DNA of 63,545 bases, the filler included, from Squatina squatina (taxonomy: Eukaryota): the NCBI GenBank assembly GCA_031763465.1. It is 3 parts of 3 records of this genome, joined end to end, with 100 filler letters (N's around TTAATTAATTAA, not from the genome) between each part and the next. Parts side by side here need not be neighbours in the genome. Positions count along the whole stretch, not along the records: positions 1 to 27,780 come from JARFOE010000234.1; 2 more parts are not named here. One strand, 5' to 3'. Under the pieces are notes generated by a model. The model did no database searches, was not told the DNA's origin, and saw only the letters and a program-made list of their open reading frames with translations. Of this stretch, positions 1-11,443 are shown in pieces (the first letter of the stretch is position 1; the number at the start of each line of letters is the position of its first letter). Made by a program: the position numbers and the translations under genes.

Positions 1-2145
1 TAAACATCATGGTGACTAGCATGTTAGAAAAGTTGGAGATAAATGGATTACTGTAGGGAGCAAACTATTAGTTAAGCACAAGAACGCTGACAGAAGGCTA
101 CCTCAGGACGGAGCTGTAAGAGTTTATATCATGTTGGTCGGTGCACCTCTTCACCTGTTGTTATATTAACAATCTGCTAATTGTTCCTGTAAGATACAGA
201 CCATTACCGAAAATGAACCGCCAGCCTAACCTCAATCAGTGTTGAGCCCCATTGCTGAGGTTGCCAAGTATAACTGTTCATGTACCTGTTCAGTTAGTGG
301 TTGTTCTTTCCAAAAAAAAAGTATCTGTTTTGTACCGAGAGCCATTTGTTAAACCGTAAGAACATGCTGAGTGAGAAAATGTTCCAATAGAATTTTTGTT
401 TGGAATGCATTCTTTTCCCCAGAGCTGATAAAGAAAATTTTGAAATATTTAATCAGAATGTTGCTGGCAGGGAACCTACAATAAAAAGAGTAAGCTGTCA
501 AGAATGCCCACCATATTTGCTGCTTTTGTAATCTAGCTTCTCATTGATGTGTGTTCCTGTTTGCACTCACTCTCTCCCATTCCAGTATCACTGTCTTATT
601 AAAACCTCTTAATCNNNNNNNNNNNNNNNNNNNNNNNNNNNNNNNNNNNNNNNNNNNNNNNNNNNNNNNNNNNNNNNNNNNNNNNNNNNNNNNNNNNNNN
701 NNNNNNNNNNNNNNNNNNNNNNNNNNNNNNNNNNNNNNNNNNNNNNNNNNNNNNNNNNNNNNNNNNNNNNNNNNNNNNNNNNNNNNNNNNNNNNNNNNNN
801 NNNNNNNNNNNNNNNNNNNNNNNNNNNNNNNNNNNNNNNNNNNNNNNNNNNNNNNNNNNNNNNNNNNNNNNNNNNNNNNNNNNNNNNNNNNNNNNNNNNN
901 NNNNNNNNNNNNNNNNNNNNNNNNNNNNNNNNNNNNNNNNNNNNNNNNNNNNNNNNNNNNNNNNNNNNNNNNNNNNNNNNNNNNNNNNNNNNNCAGAATT
1001 TTAAAAGAGAAAGGTTGCTGCAATGATGCCCCGATACTCCGGCAAATCTCCCAATGGCTTCAAATTCTATTATACCCATCTTGTTATGTGACTTTGCCAT
1101 TCAAGCTTGGAGTGTCTTGAATATTTTTTTTAAGTAACAGGTTGTGTTCACTGCTCTCGTTTGAATGCATAGATTGAACAAAACAAAATGTAAAATGGCT
1201 TGTTCAAAGAATCATACAATTACCTCTAATTAGTAGTTAGCATAAATGTTTTACAGATTGAAAGGCGTGCTTTTTATTTTCTTACTTAGGTTCCGTTCCA
1301 TTGGTGGCAAAAAGTCTGTAAGAAAATCAGTTCTTTGCTGACACAAGTTCCATTTGTTACAAATGAATTCTAATAAAAATGTCAGTGTTATGCACCAGTG
1401 GCCTCTTTTATTAAACTCTGAGGCAGTTTGTTTGTGTATTATTATCATTGTGGCTGTAGCAGGGAGGCTTGTGAAACAGGTTAACATTTAGGTAGTTACA
1501 GCCAGTTTTTACAGCTATCCTTTCTGAGGTTCTGCTTGCTCGCCATCTCATCGAGTTTGACTGCCAGTAAAACCGCCGTCCCTCCCAAAAAAAAGTTTTT
1601 CCTTGNNNNNNNNNNNNNNNNNNNNNNNNNNNNNNNNNNNNNNNNNNNNNNNNNNNNNNNNNNNNNNNNNNNNNNNNNNNNNNNNNNNNNNNNNNNNNNN
1701 NNNNNACCAATCAAGTGGGCAGCAGCAGGAAATAGCATGTGGATCTTGCAACATCGGTTCTCCATCCCATGAAGCACCCTCCCATTTTTGGCTAATTGCA
1801 TGCAAATGAGGTGGAAATGTCATGGTGACGTGATAGACTATATTTTCTGTCATTTCTACCACATTTGCGCTGATTTATATTCACAATCATATCATACTTG
1901 CTTCCACGGTTGCAAGGCACTATGGAAATGCAGATGAGAATTTAAAGGGTCTAGATTCAATGTGAGGAGGTGCAGTTTATGTTCCAGCCATTTCTGCTGT
2001 TGCCTTTGTAACATTTGCTGAGTGCCGATTATTCCCGCCTCAGACAGAGCGCATTAGTTTTCCCATTAGGGACTACCTTCAATCTTTGCTCCTTGGAAGA
2101 AGAGGAAGAGCAATGCCTGGCTGTTGATGCTTCACTCGAGGTGCA

Positions 2146-3000
2146 ATGGCACCCACAGGCTGGCATCCTCACACAAGAGTATACAGGCAGAGGGAAATGT
2201 TCCTGCATTTGACTAAGCAGCAGCACTTGCAGAAGCTTCACTTTCCAAAGGAAGCCATCAGAGAGTTAGGTCAGATGCCGCAAGTGGACATACACCATCA
2301 AAGGCACTGCTCCGTTAATGGCTGTTAAGGCCACAGTTGCCCTTACCTTCTATACGAAGAGTCATTCCAGCCTGCTACTGGAGACATCAGTAACCTTAGC
2401 CACATAGCTGTGCATAAATGCATCAAGTGAGTCATGAATTTATTGTTCTATAACGCCAGCAATTTTATTAGCATTCCCTTGGACAACATATCAGAGCATT
2501 ACAACTTTATTTGCAGGATTCTCCAAAGACAAAGGAACCAATGATAATAGTCACATAGCCCTAGGTGCTTCATTGTGTTGATGTGTATCTAGGCATTGCT
2601 CAAAGGGATTCCATTGTCTCAATGTGTAGCACATTTATGATAAGCAGAACATAAAATGTGTGAGTGAAATCTCACTTCCCTTGATATGTGCCTTCGTTTT
2701 GAGGAACCCCACTCTTCCAGAGCCCTTTTACCCCGAAAGGCATGTCTCAAGGTGGCTCCTGGGAAATAAAGGCTATTCTCCACAGCCATGAATGATGACA
2801 CCTGTGTGCTTTCCCAGCACTCCAGTTAAGCACTGCAATAAGGAGGACACCAGAGTATACCATCTGCATGTTGAAGGAAAGCTGCAGGTGCCTGGCTTGA
2901 TGTCAGGACATCCTGCGATATAATCTGGTCAGGGGTCTCAAGGCTAATGGTGGTGTGCTGAATACTGCACAACTTTGCCTCACAAAGACTTGGAGGCCTT
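2146..3000 (+). pseudogene. Degenerate PIF/Harbinger (HARBI1-like) transposase of a fossil DNA transposon
   Basis: Motifs in the expected order, with stops and frameshifts: HTRVYRQREMFLHL (~2170), AVKATVALTFY (~2320), AGFSKDKGTNDNSHIALGA (2513; cf. AGFP.V.GAIDCTHV), KGFHCLNV* (2603), WLLGNKGYSPQP*MMTPV (2753; cf. LLGD.GYP..WLMTP), MLKESCRCL (2868), VC*ILHNFA (~2953). Confidence 0.85.
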
Positions 3001-3140
3001 GCAGGATAAAGGGTCCATGGGCAGCAGAGGGATCAATCAGAGAAACAACATCCTGAAGAGGAGGGTAAACTATTGATGACTGCAAGAGAATTCATGCCAC
3101 ATTGATATCAGAAACGTTCTCATGAATACCTACTTATCTA

Positions 3141-3375
3141 TTGAATTGTAGCCAGAGAATCACCTGCAATGGCTTCCCTTCCCACTCCCGCACTGTTACC
3201 TTTGGCGTCCCCCAAGGATCTTTCCTTGACCCCCTTCTACTTCTCATCTACATGCTGCTCCTTGGCGATATCATGCAAAAATGCAACGCCAAGTTCCACA
3301 TGTACGCTGACAACACTCAGCTCTCTCTCACCACCAACTCTCTCAGCCCCTCCACTATCTGTGATTTGTGCTTGT
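3141..3375 (+). mobile_element. L2-clade LINE reverse transcriptase fragment
   Basis: SRTVTFGVPQGSFLDPLLLLIYMLLLGDIMQK...FHMYADNTQL, i.e. the GVPQGS and YADD-like RT motifs in L2-style context. Confidence 0.85.
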
Positions 3376-3504
3376 NNNNNNNNNNNNNNNNNNNNNNNNN
3401 NNNNNNNNNNNNNNNNNNNNNNNNNNNNNNNNNNNNNNNNNNNNNNNNNNNNNNNNNNNNNNNNNNNNNNNNNNNAACAATTCTATCATATTATGGTCAC
3501 TCAT

Positions 3505-3640
3505 CCCGACAGATTATCTAGTCATTTATCTTATTGTTGTTTGTGGGACCTTGCTATGAGCAAATTGGCTGCTGTGTTTCCTACATTACAACAGCGACTA
3601 TGCTTCCTGAGGTCATGAAAGGTGCTTTGTAAATGCAATT
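3505..3640 (+). mobile_element. Deu-domain SINE (SacSINE1/AmnSINE1-like), 3' fragment
   Basis: gtttgtgggaccttgctatgagcaaattggctgctgtgtttcctacattacaacag...gaaaggtgctttgtaaatgc; homologous to the copies at 24110 and 43770. Confidence 0.75.
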
Positions 3641-3738
3641 CCTTTTTCCCTTCCTCTTTTCCTCCCTTCCTACCTCCTCCCTCCCTCTCTTCCACCCTCT
3701 CTCTTCCTCCCACCTTCCCTTCCTCTCTTTCTTTCTTG
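3640..3738. repeat. Polypyrimidine (CCTT/CT-rich) low-complexity tract
   Basis: About 100 bp of almost pure C/T. Confidence 0.8.
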
Positions 3739-4224
3739 ATCAGGGCAACAGTCAAGGTATTCCCTGCACTATAGATATAAAGGTACACCAATATCAACAA
3801 AAGCAGTCATGTACACGTATCTCACAGGCAAAGTCATGTACACATTATAGTTTTATGTGGGAGAAATGTAATGCATAAAGGAATTTCTAGCCATTCATAT
3901 ATGAAGAGTGAACTTTCTTCAAAGAATAAGGAAAACCGTACCTATATTAAATAGTCAACCATTTTGAATCATGATGTGTCGCATTGAGCTAGAAATAGTA
4001 GTGATTGTTCTCTCCAGCAGTGAGATTTAGTGGGTTGCATTTTATTGAACCATTCATCCTTGAGATGCAGTTGAGCTAAAATACCAGATTCAGTGAGCTA
4101 ACAACTGCTTTGATATGTCAGATAAGTCCTTTTATGAAACTCTTGTTGAAAGATGGATGTTGTTCCTAAATCTATCATTCATAGTAACAAAAAATTATTG
4201 AGGGTGAATCTATAAGGATCTGGA

Positions 4225-4746
4225 CTGGGGGTAGAACCATGGAAAATCAGGGGCGAACAATAGGTGTGCGGCAAAAAAGGGTGCAGCATTGGGCTCACGT
4301 AGCCCGGAATGAGGCTCGCTAGCACTGTAACGCGACATTGGCCTCTTTGAGGCTATCCTGGGCTAGCGCAGCTTGGCAACACAAAATTGCGACACCGCTG
4401 ACCCGGCCAATGCCATGTCACTTCCGGGTTGCTCCTTAAAGGCAAGGGCCGCAGGCTCGCGCGGTTGAAGAGGAGCCAGGGCCCATGGGGCTTCAATGTT
4501 TTAAGAGGTTTTTTCAAGGTGCTGGCACACCAGCTAGCGTGCTGGCAAGGTTGGGAGGAGGTCCGTGGGGGAGATCGACCGCCACTCATCGGCCGACCCG
4601 AATGTTGGTCGATGAGAAAAGAAGGCAGCCACTGGCGCAGGCCACGCGCCTTTAAGGTGTCGGCGCCAGTGGTGCTGGGATGGGGGGAGGCCACCTCCAA
4701 TTCTGGAGATGGTGCTCCTGTGGCGCACAGAGGGGTCACGGGCGGG
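4225..4746 (+). mobile_element. GC-rich non-autonomous DNA transposon related to the 9003 element, truncated by a gap
   Basis: Shares blocks with 9003-9705: cggccaatgcc...cgggtt, cttaaaggcaagg, cctttaagg, cctccaatt...gtggcgcacag. Confidence 0.65.
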
Positions 4747-7423
4747 NNNNNNNNNNNNNNNNNNNNNNNNNNNNNNNNNNNNNNNNNNNNNNNNNNNNNN
4801 NNNNNNNNNNNNNNNNNNNNNNNNNNNNNNNNNNNNNNNNNNNNNNTTTCCAGTCGCTTTGGCTGCTGAAACCGTGCCCTCCTCCAGATGGCAAAAATGC
4901 CAAGAAAATAAAGTCAAAACTGTGAGAATTATGAACAAGACATCTAAGAATTTCAAGGCTGTATGGGGTGAGGCTCCACAGTTCTAATGGTCCCTCTGTT
5001 GGCTGAGCATCATGTGAGGGCCATAAATCATTTCATTACTGAGTCACCTGCACCATTATTGCTCACTGTAAGGGGTTGGAGCATGACAACCAGAGGAGAG
5101 GCAGCAAATCTGCGGTTGCCATTGACTGCAATGGTGGATGGAGCTATAAAAGTGGATGTATCATGGCTTAGGTGAGGGTGGAGGGGGAGCAGCATAAGTT
5201 TCTCAGTAAATTGTGGCGTAACTTGCTTATTCTGTTATTTCCTGGATTTTTTACATAATAATGGCACAGGCCATTGATGCACCATTGTTATGGTGCATGT
5301 TCCCAGCAAATTCTGGCCCAGTTTCTTCTTGCGGTTAAACTGTAAATTGTTGAAAATATTTCTGAAGTCCTCAAAGGGTTAAATGAATCAATCTGACGAT
5401 GGTAAATGTTAGCCAATCGATCAGGCAGAAGAAGAAAAATCCCTTGAACACAAACCGGATGAGCTGGGTTCATATCTCATCCATTATTGTGTCCACTGAT
5501 CCATTCCATTCAGGTCTACACCTGTTTGATGTATAACACTGAACCTAGAACAGATGGAAACTAAATTGATTTAAAAGAAAGCCTGGTGTAGCAGGAAAAT
5601 AGCACCCAGTAACTCAAGGTGCAGGCACCAGGAGGAGGAACAGCAAATTCCTCTGGGATGCCCTGGGAACAAATTGAATTTTAGATTTTTTCTTTATATT
5701 TAGGATTTTAGACCCAGGAATTCTGTGAGGGAAGAAGTGATGGACCTCNNNNNNNNNNNNNNNNNNNNNNNNNNNNNNNNNNNNNNNNNNNNNNNNNNNN
5801 NNNNNNNNNNNNNNNNNNNNNNNNNNNNNNNNNNNNNNNNNNNNNNNNACATGATTTGAAATCTGTGACAGCAATTCTCCCTTTTGTTGTAATAGTTAGG
5901 ATATTGCGGCAGTCAGCATTCTATTGGTTTGATTATCACCAGTTTGCATTTTCCACAATAAACTACCATAGCACGATGAGTAATAAATGGATTATTAAGG
6001 AAAGAGCAAAATGAAAGTCTCAGTTGAAGTAAGCTTAAATACTGTGGCACATTTTGACTACTTGAGCTACATTTTTGAGAATCAGAAATGTCTCCTGTGA
6101 GTGAGGATTTTATTTTGGTGATTGAACTTTACAGCAGCAAAGGGGACAAAGGAAGGAGACTCTAGGGGAGGAATTATCCTTTTTAGAGAATTTACAGTCT
6201 AAGAAACAACTATTTGCCATTGATAGAGTAGCATTGACTGCATTGCCTTTACCTCAAGAGAGCCATTCACATTGATATATATGACCTGTTAAATCCTGAC
6301 TTGGAATCACCTTCTTTGACAGCCACTACATTATCTATACTTATGAAGGTAACAGGAGCCATGAATTTCTGTGCCCATTCACTGCTTCCAGGCACCAGGG
6401 AGTGATTACACCAGCAGCCTGTAGTTCACAATGTCAAACTGCATCCAGGTCACAGATGCAGTGCTAATCAGGAGTTCCAAATTCTTCCATTTGCAAAATA
6501 AGAATATATCAGAGGAGCAGCAGGTAATCTTGCAGCAATGTTTCTATCTGAACTGAGTGTATTTGACATGAACATAGTTGGAGATTTGTGTACTTAATCA
6601 CAATGCAATGCCATCCCTCATTTACGAAGGTGACATTCCATGACAATTCACCAGTGAGTCTAATCACTCACATCTATGCCAACTTCTTGGCTCAACAGGT
6701 AACTCTCTCAACTTAAGCTCTTTGCTAAGCTTATTTGAGGGTGATGGTAATAAATTATAAGACTGTCTNNNNNNNNNNNNNNNNNNNNNNNNNNNNNNNN
6801 NNNNNNNNNNNNNNNNNNNNNNNNNNNNNNNNNNNNNNNNNNNNNNNNNNNNNNNNNNNNNNNNNNNNGATGGATGAGACAGCTCGCTTCACTTTGTTAT
6901 TCCCGTTCCATTATTTCATACTTTAAAGATTTGGTAAAAGTGCCACTTTCTGTTGTAAATTTACAATAAAGAATTGATTTGTTTCATTTCATTTCAGAAG
7001 AATCATGGAAATCAATGCTTCGCTGTCTTTCTGGCAGCGTTCAAATTGGTGGCAACAAACAGGCTGGCAGACATTCAGAGCTTGTTACAACTGAATGAAG
7101 TAAACTGTATTGATTTGTCATGAATGGCTTACAATTTGGTGCGTTGCTTGCAATGTAAACACTTATTTGATTTGCTTTAAGTCCCAGTCAAACACTGTTA
7201 ATGTACTATACTCATCATGCTTGTGAGTTCTGGACTGCATACTAACCTCTGATAAAAGATTTAAGGCAAGGGTTCTCTAAAATCTCAAACCAGTGAAATG
7301 CATTTAGCCCTTCAACAGCACACTGTGAGAGTTTCTTATGAGGCATGTTGGTCAGGAAAAATGCAAGTCTTTCTTAAGTAGGGTTATACCAAACTGCTTG
7401 TGATTTGTGCTGCAGAGCTATTA

Positions 7424-8427
7424 TTCCTAGAAATTCCGGTCGGAGCCTTCCCTTGGGTGCAGGCCTCCGACTGGAAAGACTTCTCCGCAAGTACCTGGTG
7501 GTCCGGTAGGTTCGCAGCCTTGCATTCCTGGGCTTCTGTGCGAACGCCAGCGTAGAGGCCCGGGTATCTTCGCAGTGTATGCGGTTCGCAGATGCTACTA
7601 GGATCACTTGGGAAGCCCCAACGAATCAAGGTCAGGGTCTCGCCATTCATACTTCTACTGTTCGCCGAATATATGGACCTCAGTAGAAGTATGAATGGAG
7701 ATACCAAAAAGTCCATAAGCACATTAAAATAAATGTAATAAACAGCTCAAATATTAAAATTAATTAAAATGCTATATAATTAAATATTTTACGCAAATTT
7801 AGGGCACCCAATTCGTTCTTTTTTCTCGGCGTTAAACTGGCGCTAAATCGGCGTTAAGGCCTAATGCCGATTTTGGGTGTTAAATTTAGTGTTGCGAAAG
7901 TTGTCCCCCCTTAACGTCGGCGCTAAATGGCGTCAAACCTTTAAGGCTGAAAACGCAAAGTTCAGCGTGAGAGGGACTCATTGGGTGCAACGCCCAAAAT
8001 GGCCGCCCATTGCAGAATTAGAAAAGGCTGCTGAGCCTTAAAACTAGCCGTGACAGTTTTTTGGGCGTTGACAGGCCTCACCTCAGGATTTTCAGTGCTA
8101 TTGAAAGGACTGGGAGTGGGCTTCAATCTCACTTTGTCTTGCAGCTCGATGAAGCTCAAATCACGTGACTTTTCACTTTTTAGCCTCACTCTCAGACTTG
8201 TCTTTGGTTTGTCCTGACTTTTGGGGATTTTGCAGATATCGGCCCCACTCGCCATGTGTTCCGCACTCGTGGTCAATTGGGAACTCCAGCGACATTACAT
8301 GCACTACTTCAGATACAGAAGACATCTTGGAAACAGGCAGAGAGCCAGGAGGGCACAGGCAAATGAGGCCAGGGCTGAGGAAGCAGCAGTTCCTCAACCA
8401 GACCACCCAAATCAACCACCTGACTTC
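7424..8427. mobile_element. Harbinger-like DNA transposon remnants, probably two nested elements with a second terminus at 7802
   Basis: CpG-rich block; gggcacccaattcg at 7802 matches the 9003 TIR at 12/14 positions and is followed by repeated ggcgttaa/ggcgctaa subterminal motifs. Confidence 0.55.
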
Positions 8428-9002
8428 NNNNNNNNNNNNNNNNNNNNNNNNNNNNNNNNNNNNNNNNNNNNNNNNNNNNNNNNNNNNNNNNNNNNNNNNN
8501 NNNNNNNNNNNNNNNNNNNNNNNNNNNTAAAACAAACTAGACATCCATCGTTTACTTGACTGTCATTTTCTCTTTCATTTCTTCCTGCTCTTGGACAGCC
8601 TCTTGCAGTTGCTTTTCTACTTCTAGTTTGGCATCTGTGATGTGCTGCACGGGTTCCTTCCCAAAGAATAGAGCCAAGAATGAAATTGATGGTGGGCTTT
8701 GTAAGCATTGCAACCTTCAGCTTATTTAGGAAAAAAATCTTCCAAAAGAGATCGCAAACCTGGTGAAAGGTATTTATTTTTATTGAGAAACCTAGATGAA
8801 GGAGCAAAGCTGGATGCGCAAGATACCACTGGAGTTGAACTGATTTGGAGAGAAGGTGAGGTAAATCAGGACACGAAGCTCAGGTTTTAAATGCTTGTCG
8901 ATGGCAGGAGTAAGAAAAGGACAAGCACATGTTACAGGTTATGGTCTTTGATATCAACTTTACTTGTGTAAACAGCTAGATGACAGTTTCCAAAAAGATA
9001 CT

Positions 9003-9705
9003 GGGGCCCCAATTCGGATGCGTCGAAACCGGCAGCTGATTCTGTGCCGCGTCAACGTGGCGACGCTAAATCAGGTGACTCGGCCAATGCCGCATCACTG
9101 CCGGGTTACACCAGCAGTGGCGTTAGCCACGCTGCTGGCGCAACTGCGCATGTACAAGCCGCGGCCCCGCCTCCTGTCTTAAAGGCAAGGACTGTAGGCC
9201 TCCCGATGGGTTAGGGATCCAGGGCCACTCGACCACCAGGAATCCCGGAGCGGCGGGAAAATGTGCTGGCAGGCCAGAGAGCATGCCGGTAAACTGGGTC
9301 CAGTTCTTTTGAGGGGCGATCGGCCGCCACACGTCGGCTGACAATACAGTCGACCGATGTGTAAAGATGGTAGCCGCCGGCGCAACACCCGCACCTTTAA
9401 GGCGCCTTGGCAACTACAGGGACAGGGGAAACCTGTTGTTGGCAAAGCCAATGGCGTCACAGGTCAGCTGGCCTCCAATTCCGGTGGCGGCACCCCCCCG
9501 TGGCGCACAGGGGTGTCACAGGCAGAGAGGGGTCGGCGCGCAATGTTATGACGTCGAGCGCCAGTTCTTGCGACACTGGTGGCGGGGCACCTACGCCGCC
9601 GGCGCGACAGGCCCAATTCCGCAATTTTTATTTTTAGGCCTCTAAGCTCATTTCATGCCTGGATTGCACCGCTAATCGGTGTGAGGTCAGACGAATTGGG
9701 GCCCC
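9003..9705. mobile_element. ~700 bp MITE with perfect 14-bp terminal inverted repeats (Harbinger-like)
   Basis: GGGGCCCCAATTCG at 9003-9016 and CGAATTGGGGCCCC at 9692-9705. The interior is CpG-rich with no recognisable transposase. Confidence 0.85.
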
Positions 9706-11334
9706 CAAGGGTTTAATTATAATGACATACACAACAGATATGAGTGGATGCTCCCCATCAAAAGATTGATTTTTTTTTACGAGATTTTGAAAATGAGTAA
9801 AACTGTCTGAATTATATAATTACCTGGGGGAAAGTTACAGAATGAGCTGTTCAGGGGAAAGGTAACTTGGTGCTGCAAAATAGAGAAACAGATTAGAATG
9901 TAAACAACCTCAAAATTGATGGGCAGGATTGCAAAAGAGCACAAAGCTATTGTCCCCAAAAAGAGCACCTTGTCGGATTTGAACTGTCTTGCCTTTCTCC
10001 TCAGCATGCTTTCATTTCCCCATTGACGAAAGTCTCATGTCTCAAACTTGGCTGCTTCCTGCAGCTGACAGCTCTTGTCTGATCTAATGCCATGTGCTCT
10101 TGTCGACCACTGCCTTTTCTTTCCTTCCTTTTTCATGAAACTGAAGCTTGATGTAAAAAAAATGTCAAGAGTCATTACAATGGGGGCAGCTGATGATTTG
10201 TGACACAATTGCATACCAAAGAGAGAACCTACAACCTTTTTATGCATCTCAGTTAATATTTTTGTACCAATTCTTTGTCACAGATATTTGAATTTTCTGC
10301 ATTTTGAACTTTAATCTTCCTTGCATGTGTACGCTGAAGCAGTGGAAGACAATTACTATGAACTCTTTGACAAGCAAGTTGAAAAAGGGTGACAATTTGA
10401 AAATGTGTCTGTCATTTTTTTTACTGCCACTTTCTCTTTGTGAACAATGAATTATCTCATCTGGACCATCAAATTAATGAGCACACACCAAGTGCAAAAG
10501 GTTAATAATGTGAGTGAGATAATTAAAACTATCACTGCTTTAAGGTTACATCTTTTCAGTGCTTTAAAACATCCCACTNNNNNNNNNNNNNNNNNNNNNN
10601 NNNNNNNNNNNNNNNNNNNNNNNNNNNNNNNNNNNNNNNNNNNNNNNNNNNNNNNNNNNNNNNNNNNNNNNNNNNNNNAGAAGTCTTGTGATGAAACCTC
10701 CTGGAGTACATCCAACCTGGGCTGGCAACCCTATTAACAGCTATTTACCATCCAATCCATCAATGGATTCATGACTCAGAAGCAAACCTACTTTAAAAGA
10801 CCATCTGTCTATGAAGGCAATCTGAAGTCAATCCCAAAGGTCATTGTTCTAAACAGATTTCATTGTGATGTATTGTTGAGATTGATGTGAGGCAACTGAA
10901 CACTGTTACACAGGGACACTTTAAACTGGCAGTGCAGGAAACATTACAGGAACAAATACAAATGACAGTGCTTGCAAAAAAAAAATCTTTCTGATGGTCC
11001 AGACAGATAATGCTCTGTTGTGAATCAGAACACATATTTGGATTGGCAAATTGAACGATTAAGCCTAGTTATCTATACTTCAACAGTGCTGTAAATAATT
11101 CAGATACTACCAGGTAATATTTTTAAATATTTAAACAAATGTTTTATCACATTCTGACAGCATTCAAAGCTCTTCTGTGATGTTCTTAGCCACTATATAC
11201 TGTGGACTTTAACATCGAAAACATTTCCAAAAGTNNNNNNNNNNNNNNNNNNNNNNNNNNNNNNNNNNNNNNNNNNNNNNNNNNNNNNNNNNNNNNNNNN
11301 NNNNNNNNNNNNNNNNNNNNNNNNNNNNNNNNNN

Positions 11335-11443
11335 ACGGGGTACTGAGTTGAATGATCAGCCATGATCATATTGAATGGCGGGGAAGGCTCGAAGGGCCGA
11401 ATGGCCTAATTCTGCACATATTTTCTATGTTTCTATGTTTCTA
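11335..11443 (+). mobile_element. CR1 LINE 3' UTR and tail
   Basis: gatcagccatgatcatattgaatggcgg...ggctcgaagggccgaatggcct followed by a (ttctatgt)n tail. Confidence 0.8.

Noticed and set aside
8964-9645. CpG island promoter or GC-rich ORFs
   Set aside because: The GC-rich block coincides with the TIR-bounded MITE, and the ORFs have no recognisable domain.
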